A DNA stretch of 16,848 nt from Adineta steineri (taxonomy: Eukaryota), in NCBI GenBank assembly GCA_905250115.1, contig CAJNOI010000180.1, positions 147,689 through 164,536 of the forward strand. Reading direction: 5' to 3'. Every line of letters begins with the position of its first letter. The first letter of the stretch is position 1. The notes beneath the pieces are model-generated. The model did not search any database. It was not told the origin of the DNA and saw only the letters and a program-made list of their open reading frames with translations. Both the position numbers and the translations under genes were made by a program. Positions 10,440 through 16,848 of this stretch are shown here, in pieces.

Positions 10440-12078
10440 ATGGTTGATAATGATGAATTTATAAATGATAATTTAATGATAAATTATGATTCAAAAAGAT
10501 TCTCATTGGACAATTCTTGTAATTCTCATCGAAATACATCAGATATTCAATTTCATTCAAGATCACAATTAAATCAGAGACGACGTAAGTCTCTTCTATT
10601 TTCTACTTACTTTTTCATATTTGCATTTTCAAATTTAAGGGATAACAAGACAATCATCGAAAGATAATTCAAATGAAGATGGTTTGTTTCTTTTTTTTTT
10701 AATTCTAATTCACCTTTTTTTTCTTCTCGTCTCGTAAAAATCATAGGTCATGGTGGAATAAATCAATTGGGAGGTTTATTTGTAAATGGTCGTCCATTAC
10801 CTGATGTTGTTCGACAACAAATAGTTGCTTTAAATCAACAAGGAATTCGTCCATGTGATATATCAAGACAATTAAAAGTTTCTCATGGATGTGTTTCTAA
10901 AATTCTTGGAAGATATCTTCAAACAGGTTCAATACGTCCAGGTGTTATTGGAGGATCAAAACCGAAAGTAGCAACACCAAAAGTCATTAATGCAATTACA
11001 AATTATAAAAAAGCTCAACCAACAATGTTTGCTTGGGAAATTAAATCAAAATTAATTAATGATGGGATTTGTGATGAAAAAACGGCACCTTCAGTTTCAT
11101 CAATAAATCGAATTGTTCGAACTAAAGCTGAAAAATGTTGTTCAAATAAAATGGAAGAAGGATCAAGTCGGGAAACAAATGGAAGAATAAATGAATGTCA
11201 TTCATCAACGAATTCAAGTGATTCGATTCATTTAGATCAAAATTATCAACAACAATTTCAAACGACATGGAATCATCAAGAGAATATTTATCAAAAAGAT
11301 TCACGTACGAATTTATTCTTCTTCTTATTTAATAGACAAAGAATCTTTTCTTTTCTTTTTTAGCTGATTCAATATTAATTACAGTTGAAGAAGAAAAAGC
11401 ATCGATTTTAGAAAATTTTTATCAACAAAATCCATTTGCAGATTTCTCTCAAATGGATGAAATACAACAAAGAACACAACTTGATGAACAAATTATTCGA
11501 GTAAGATTTTCTTTTCTTCTTAAAAAGGAAACAAACTATTTTCTTTTGTTTAGCATTATTTTGATAGTGTAAGAAATCATCAATGGCCAAATCAATCGTC
11601 ATATTATTGTTCGAATTCTCATGAAATCTATTCAATTGAATCGAATCCAAATGTAATTTGTTCAAATTCAACACCAATTCTTGTTGATAGTAGAATATCA
11701 TTATCACCTCAATCATTAATTTCATTTGAACAAATGTCTATTTTACAAAATCAAAGAGATGAAAGATTAAATAAAGATGAATCAACTATTTTAATTAAAG
11801 ATAATAATTTAAATAATAAATCCATGATTTTATTAAATTATCCACAATTATTTTCATCATCAACATCTTCAAGTCCAACTGATTTAGATAATTCAAGACA
11901 AGAATCAATTCATTTTCAAAGACAATCCCCACAACAACAGCAACAACAGCAGCAGCAACAACAACAACAACAGCAACAACAACAACAACAAGCAAATACA
12001 CTTTATACAGATTTAACACCTGTTATAAATTCAACTCCATTACCATCATTTGAAACATTAAATAGTAAATTATTTTAA
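10440..12078 (+). CDS. Pax2/5/8: Paired-box transcription factor, Pax2/5/8 (PaxB)-type paired domain, with degenerate homeodomain relic and C-terminal polyQ
   Basis: Proposed exons are 10440-10584, 10640-10681, 10747-11304, 11364-11500 and 11554-12078 (1407 nt, 468 aa). All are GT-AG, phases close, and the introns are 55, 65, 59 and 53 nt. The paired domain (~10747-11126) is [127 protein letters not shown]. It matches my recollection of vertebrate PAX2 (..[100 protein letters not shown]) far better than it matches Pax6 or Pax3/7. The N-terminal exon and the 3' end are less certain; see findings. Confidence 0.88.
11932..11991 (+). repeat. Coding (CAA/CAG)20 polyglutamine tract in the last Pax exon
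   Basis: There are 20 consecutive Gln codons (15 CAA, 5 CAG). They create the spurious antisense V/A-rich ORF at 11795-12019. Confidence 0.95.
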
Positions 12079-12606
12079 TAAAAATCTTTTCTTTAATTTA
12101 TTTCTTTATTTATCTATTTGAAAGGATCTGAATGTTATTTTTATAATCAACAACAATCATCAGATGATTTATGGAGATCGAAATCAACAAATAAATCCAA
12201 TTGAATTCTATTTAAATAAAATAAAACTTAATCCTTAGTTTGACATACTTTGTCATTATTTTCCTTTTCTTTTTTTCTTTTCTTTTCGTTTCGTTTTTCT
12301 TTTTCAAATAAAATTCATTAAATTAAAAGACGTCATAGAAGGTAAAGAAGTACAAAAACAAGATTGAAATATCTATTAATCAGATCGAAATAAGAAAATA
12401 TTTCAAGGTAAAATAGATATTAATGACCATGAATAACTTATGAATAATATTCAACACCTTCAACTAAATCAGATTAATATAACGACGAAGAAAAATAATA
12501 TTTATTTCTAACGTTACGCTACAATGATTTTATTATTTATCCGACATATAAATAAATCTAACCAAATATATTCGTACATTACATTTTTTATTTATCCATA
12601 ACAATA

Positions 12607-13600
12607 ATGAGGTAAAACATTTTCTTCTTTCTTTCTTTCTTTTATTTTTTCGTTACATTAAATCTAGTCGTCAAGATCACCCACATTATGATAAACATGA
12701 TGATGTTTTAAAAGCAATTTGGAGTATTGATCGATCAGCTTCATCAGATGCGAAATTATCTAAATTAAAAGAAGCTGTTTCAAAAAGTTCAGCTTCGAAA
12801 GTAGTTGATATTTATGATGAAAAAAGTGGTGAATCAAGAGCTCAAGTTCCACCATTGATAATTGCTTGTTTTGAAGGAGATTATGATACAATTAAATTTT
12901 TACTTGATAATGGTGCTGATCCAAATCAAACTGAAAGTGAACATAATTTAACTGGAATTCATATACTTGTTGATGGACCCTATAAAGGTCAAACATTAAC
13001 TGAAAAACAACGAGCTGATCTTATACGAGAAATGGTTAAAAAAGGTGCTGATGTTAATCATCCTGATAAACATTCATTAACACCAGTTCATAAAGTTGCT
13101 ATAAATGATCGGCCAGAATGTTTAGATGCATTAATTGAAGCGAAAGTTAACCCAAATGCTGTTTTTCTTGGTGAAAGAGCAATTAGTATTGCTGCAAGAC
13201 AAAATCGGGATGGAATATTACAAAGATTAGTTGATTATCCAGCAACAGAAAAGGATGTGAAAAATGAAACTGGTGGATCTGTTTTACATTTTGCTGCTGC
13301 TGGTTTGTTTTGATTTGTTATTAAAATCAAATTATTTTCTTTTTATTTCTATAAATAGGAATGGTTGATAGTCCTCAATGTGTTGATATATTAATAAAAG
13401 CTGGTTTAGATTTAAATTGTCAAGATCAAAGAGGCAATACTGCATTAATGGTTGCTTGTTTTTTTAATAAACCAAATATTGTTAAATCACTTGTTAATGC
13501 TAAAGCAGATGCAACAATTAAAAATAAGGAAGACAAAGATGCTGCAGCTCTTTGTGATGAAAGAGATGCTGCTGATTGTAAAGCTCTACTTCCAAAATAA
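12607..13600 (+). CDS. Ankyrin-repeat protein (~293 aa, about 5-6 ANK repeats)
   Basis: Proposed exons are 12607-12611 (ATGAG only), 12668-13302 and 13359-13600 (882 nt, frame closes). Both introns are 56 nt and GT-AG. ANK signatures include PPLIIACFEGDYDTIKFLLDNGADPNQ, TPVHKVAINDRPECLDALIEAKVNPN, SVLHFAAAG|MVDSPQCVDILIKAGLDLNCQD and GNTALMVACFFNKPNIVKSLVNAKADATIKN. The exon 2/3 junction falls inside a repeat and restores the LHxAAxxG motif. The 5' micro-exon is inferred because exon 2 is open upstream but has no in-frame ATG. Confidence 0.8.
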
Positions 13601-13700
13601 TTCATTCTCAATTGATTTTATTTGAACTTTTTTCCTTTTTCTCCTTTCTTTCTTCCACCTCTTTTTTTTTGAAAAATCTCTATTGAAAATCAATAAAATA

Positions 13701-14423
13701 TTAAATCCGAGAATCAAATTGTAAATGTTGTAAAACAGAATTATAAGTTAAATGCGAACAATCCTCATTTGATTTTAGTTTTTGTCTAATTAATGTTGAA
13801 CTAATATCATTTTGAATATTATCTCCATCTAATGAAATAAAATAAAGTTTACGAGTATTCTCCTTGATAAATGATTGAATAAGTGATTTATCTTGTCCAT
13901 ATCTATAAACAACAGCAACACCACCCATCGTTCCTTGTCTTAAACCATTCATTCCTTTACAACGATTAAATAAATCTAAACCAGCAACATAAATCACTTT
14001 TATTGGTTTATCTAATCTGATTTTTTCATTAAGAAACATTTGAAGACTTGATGCAACTTTATTTAAATTAATAAAGTTTGAAGCTAAACATTCAGCTTTA
14101 TCAACAGTTAACCAATGTTGTTGATTTTCTTCTTGAATAGCATTTTGACACATTTCAATTCTTAATTGACCATGAAGAAGTTCATCTCCTAATTTATTTC
14201 CAACATAATGATCATGTGTTGGTGATAAATATCCTCCAATAACATTGAAATTATAAATTTCTTCTAAATATTTTTTTGTTTGAATCATATTTGATATATG
14301 AGATCGATGAATTGGATTTAATGAACCTGTTTTTAATAAAACAACATTTTCTTTGCCATTTGATTTAACATTATTTAAATTTGAAAGAATTATTGATAAA
14401 TCCGTTGTTAACTCTGAATGCAT
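13701..14423 (-). CDS. NMNAT: NMNAT-like nucleotidyltransferase (nicotinamide/nicotinate mononucleotide adenylyltransferase family, cytidylyltransferase superfamily), intronless, 240 aa
   Basis: A complete ATG-to-stop ORF. The N-terminal (H/T)xxH nucleotidyltransferase motif is VVLLKTGSLNPIHRSH and the C-terminal motif is NDISSTLIRQKL. In between lie GGYLSPTHDHYVGNKL, QHWLTVDKAEC and IKVIYVAGLDLF. From memory these align with human NMNAT1 GSFNPITNMH / GIISPVGDAYKKKGL / WVEVDTWES / VKLLCGADLL / NDISSTKIRRAL. Confidence 0.85.
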   Translation of the reverse strand: MHSELTTDLSIILSNLNNVKSNGKENVVLLKTGSLNPIHRSHISNMIQTKKYLEEIYNFNVIGGYLSPTHDHYVGNKLGDELLHGQLRIEMCQNAIQEENQQHWLTVDKAECLASNFINLNKVASSLQMFLNEKIRLDKPIKVIYVAGLDLFNRCKGMNGLRQGTMGGVAVVYRYGQDKSLIQSFIKENTRKLYFISLDGDNIQNDISSTLIRQKLKSNEDCSHLTYNSVLQHLQFDSRI

Positions 14424-14460
14424 TTCTAGTTCTTAAATATTTCGAAATAAAAAGTAAATT

Positions 14461-14468
14461 TGACGTCA
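14461..14468. promoter_or_regulatory. Perfect palindromic CRE/ATF-type site TGACGTCA in the 142-bp divergent intergenic region
   Basis: tgacgtca sits 38 bp upstream of the NMNAT-like ATG (minus strand) and 98 bp upstream of the 14566 ATG. A tatatag lies at 14514-14520, 46 nt before that ATG. Function is inferred only from motif identity and position. Confidence 0.25.
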
Positions 14469-14565
14469 TGTTACTCTTATGAGACACTGTGTCAATATTG
14501 TCATTACAATTTTTATATAGAGGTCTCTCAAAATGCATTCATCTCTTTAATTGAAAAAAACATAG

Positions 14566-14847
14566 ATGGCATCCATCTCTCGGATAATCGATAGATCTCA
14601 ATGGCTACAAATATATTTATCTATTCTCTTGTTTTTCCTTCTAGAATATATTACGAAGATGAGTTCTTCAATTCCTGAAAAAGGAAGTGATGTTGCAAAT
14701 GAAAAATTACTTGAAATGGGTTGTAAAACATCTACATCTACAGAAGAGAATTCAAAATCAAGTCAATCAAATAGTCATGTTAATTCATCATTAGCTGGTG
14801 GAATTACAATTGGACCTCCAATTGATCAAAATCAAATAAACAAATAG
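14566..14847 (+). CDS. Hypothetical small protein (93 aa; alternatively 62 aa from the ATG at 14659); N-terminal hydrophobic stretch then Ser/Thr/Asn-rich tail
   Basis: An ATG-initiated ORF fills the gap between two minus-strand genes. IYLSILLFFLL looks like a signal peptide or membrane anchor. The remainder is low complexity (TSTSTEENSKSSQSNSHVNSS). No recognisable domain is present, and it could be non-coding. Confidence 0.3.
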   Translation: MASISRIIDRSQWLQIYLSILLFFLLEYITKMSSSIPEKGSDVANEKLLEMGCKTSTSTEENSKSSQSNSHVNSSLAGGITIGPPIDQNQINK

Positions 14848-14896
14848 AACATTAGTCTAGTAGTTTTGTTTTTTCTTTTTTAATAATAATAAAATA

Positions 14897-15982
14897 TTAA
14901 ATAAGATCATATCTAATCCATCTTTCCCAAGCCCAAGGTATACTAAATATTAATTTATGTGTATTTGTTAAAGATTGTTGTAAACAACAATATTTATGAT
15001 TAATTATTTGACGTAAAGAATTTAATCTATGGGAAGCAAATTGAATAATTCGAATATATTTTATTAAATTTGTTTCGTATAATCTTTCAATAACATCATA
15101 TTCACAACCTTCACAATTCATATGTAATAAATTTAATTCACCATTTATTATCGTTTCTGTTTTTAATAAAAAATTAAATTCAAATAAGATTTCATAAATA
15201 TCTCGAAGAATAATTTCATATTTTAAAACTTTATCAATCTTTTCATGTTTATTTAATATATTAACGAGAGATAAAGCTTGTGATTCTTTAATATCATTTA
15301 ATGTTATTGGAATAATTTGTGTTTTATTTGATAAACCAATATTAAATAAATGATGTTTACCAGTTTTTAATATTTCTAGAATTTCTTTTGAATGAATTAA
15401 TTTATCATAAAATATTGGAATTGGTTCAAAAAACCAAACTTGACAATTTTTATTCTGTCGAATTAAATGTAAACCGTCTGTTCCAAATTCATTTGCACCA
15501 CAATAAATAATTTGACATGATGAATCTATTGATGTTGATATTAATTTTGTAAATGGTTTATAACGATCATCTTCATTCCAATAAGTTGATTGATTTACTA
15601 ATGTTTCATTTTCTTTTTTTAACATAAGATATGTTTCAATTCCATTGGAAATTTCTTTATTATGTGTTATATCATTAGAATATTTTAAACATATTTTATA
15701 AGAATTTAATGAAATATCACATTGAAATTTTGAAGTTGTTTTATTTACATTATCTGTAACAATTGAATTATTTGAATTCGACAATAAATATAAAATAAAT
15801 ATTATACAAATACAAATACATAAAATAATTGTTCGACAATGAATTCTATACCTCATCGATGTTATTCGATAAGATTTTCGAATCATTCTTGATAATATCA
15901 TTGTAGAATTATTTGTCAAATAAAATAAAACGAAAGAGCTATGAAGTATTTTATCATGACGCACTTTTTTTTCACAGTTCAT
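14897..15982 (-). CDS. Type II membrane-anchored protein with FkbM-type (Methyltransf_21-like) methyltransferase domain, intronless
   Basis: The maximal ORF is 361 aa. A likelier start is the Met at 15901 (MILSRMIRKSYRITSMRYRIHCR), which is followed by the hydrophobic anchor TIILCICICIIFILYLL. The lumenal part carries FkbM-family landmarks as I recall them: IIYCGANEFGTDG (GAN.G SAM-binding loop), VWFFEPIPIFYDKL (FEP.P..F..L), NIGLSNKT and LNLLHMNCEGCEYDVIERL (LLKIDVEG.E..VL). Confidence 0.7.
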   Translation of the reverse strand: MNCEKKVRHDKILHSSFVLFYLTNNSTMILSRMIRKSYRITSMRYRIHCRTIILCICICIIFILYLLSNSNNSIVTDNVNKTTSKFQCDISLNSYKICLKYSNDITHNKEISNGIETYLMLKKENETLVNQSTYWNEDDRYKPFTKLISTSIDSSCQIIYCGANEFGTDGLHLIRQNKNCQVWFFEPIPIFYDKLIHSKEILEILKTGKHHLFNIGLSNKTQIIPITLNDIKESQALSLVNILNKHEKIDKVLKYEIILRDIYEILFEFNFLLKTETIINGELNLLHMNCEGCEYDVIERLYETNLIKYIRIIQFASHRLNSLRQIINHKYCCLQQSLTNTHKLIFSIPWAWERWIRYDLI

Positions 15983-16304
15983 TGATCGCTAAGCAATTTT
16001 GATAAAATAATATGTTCATCGACGATATTGATGTGCATGAATAGACAAAAAGAGAACATACATTTATTTTATTAAATTAAACAAAAAACTAAATATTGAT
16101 TTTAATCAAAGAAATGATGAATTATAAAATATAGGATATGAATATCTTTTAACAGATGTAGTGAGTGTTGTCACTATTGTACTTATTGATTATGTAATTA
16201 TTACTTGATTCATTTTTTGTTCGACATGTTAGCGAGTCGATTTTATTGTTTTTTTTATAATAGAGAACAAGATGTTCATTTTATTATCAAGAAAAATAAA
16301 ATTG

Positions 16305-16814
16305 TCAGAAACTGACACCCAAATTAATATCTCTCACTTCAGCGGCTGCGCGTAGTTTGTCCTTGTTTTCTTCCGATATAGTATTGCCAACCAACATGAG
16401 TCCCGCTAATGTGCTATTTATTTTAAATAGATCTAATATCATATCGACACTTTCATCCGTAATTTGATTGTATGTTAGATCAACGACTATAAGTGTTTTA
16501 TTTTGGTGACTAAGTGCTTGACACAATTCTATCATTCCTCGATCACTAATATTATTGGCACCCAAGTACAGATCTGTGATTGTTTGGTTCACTTTTAGCA
16601 TTTCAGCAAGGTACGAAACACCATCATCAGTAATGTTGTTTAAGTGTAGGTGGAGTACGTTACAGTTTTTATTTGATTGTAGTTCTTTTACAAGGATTTT
16701 TATATTTTCATCAGTCAGTTGTTGAGCATTTAAATCCCAGTTCGACTCATTTTTAAGTGTGGCGATTGATTCCAAAATATTTGCATCGCTATTAGTAGTT
16801 TCTGTGTTACTCAT
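16305..16814 (-). CDS. Small leucine-rich-repeat protein, ribonuclease-inhibitor/NLR-type 28-residue LRRs (169 aa from the ATG)
   Basis: The track ORF starts at TTG 16820; the first ATG is at 16814. RNI-type repeats include CNVLHLHLNNITDDGVSYLAEMLKVNQT, ITDLYLGANNISDRGMIELCQALSHQNKT, LIVVDLTYNQITDESVDMILDLFKINST and LAGLMLVGNTISEENKDKLRAAAE. The frame stays open to the window edge (16848), so an upstream exon cannot be excluded. Confidence 0.78.
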   Translation of the reverse strand: MSNTETTNSDANILESIATLKNESNWDLNAQQLTDENIKILVKELQSNKNCNVLHLHLNNITDDGVSYLAEMLKVNQTITDLYLGANNISDRGMIELCQALSHQNKTLIVVDLTYNQITDESVDMILDLFKINSTLAGLMLVGNTISEENKDKLRAAAEVRDINLGVSF

Positions 16815-16848
16815 GTTCAATGAAATAACAAGTGTTGTCTTTTTTTTT

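Noticed and set aside
11122-12019. Minus-strand ORFs 11122-11304, 11408-11725 and 11795-12019
   Set aside because: All are antisense to Pax exons or introns. The last is the complement of the polyQ tract (V/A runs). These are shadow ORFs.
13426-13611. Minus-strand ORF of 61 codons
   Set aside because: It is antisense to the last ankyrin exon, and its alanine/serine-rich translation reflects GCT/GCA-rich sense codons.
13701-16814. Idea that NMNAT-like, LRR and ankyrin neighbours form a functional NAD-linked immune module
   Set aside because: Eukaryotic gene adjacency is not operonic. Strands and promoters differ, and nothing in the sequences (no TIR, SARM-like or NACHT domain) supports a functional link. 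The observation is retained only as the intronless/HGT-candidate finding.

Overview
This is eukaryotic (animal) nuclear DNA, not a prokaryotic locus. It is strongly AT-rich, its genes carry uniform 50-68 nt GT-AG introns, and the recognisable products are metazoan signalling and developmental proteins. The window has two parts. Positions 1 to ~6080 are gene-poor and repeat/transposon-laden: a foldback with 66-bp arms, two TIR-bounded non-autonomous DNA elements, three small hairpins built from TGTGGG/CCCACA telomere-like units, a GC-rich structured island, and one orphan 82-codon ORF. Positions ~6088-16814 hold a compact array of 6-7 protein genes. Three are spliced and on the + strand: a Misshapen/MAP4K4-type Ste20 kinase (14 exons), a Pax2/5/8-type paired-box gene (5 exons) and an ankyrin-repeat protein (3 exons). 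Four intronless ORFs follow: an NMNAT-like nucleotidyltransferase (-), a weak 93-codon ORF (+), a membrane-anchored FkbM-type methyltransferase-like protein (-) and a small RNI-type LRR protein (-). I found no rRNA, tRNA, CRISPR array, operon or recognisable defence system. Short introns, CAA-rich polyQ and TGTGGG-type repeats remind me of rotifer genomes, but the taxon cannot be established from this window. Four points stand out. (1) The Pax gene keeps a pristine paired domain but carries a full-length degenerate homeodomain relic; N51 and the basic N-terminal arm are lost, and an intron sits at the paired-class 46/47 position. (2) Telomere-like hairpins occur in the TE-rich flank. (3) A hAT-like MITE has same-orientation ATATAGGA arrays at both ends. 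(4) Genes switch from intron-rich to intronless at ~13.7 kb. All family assignments are by-eye motif recognition; no database search was possible.
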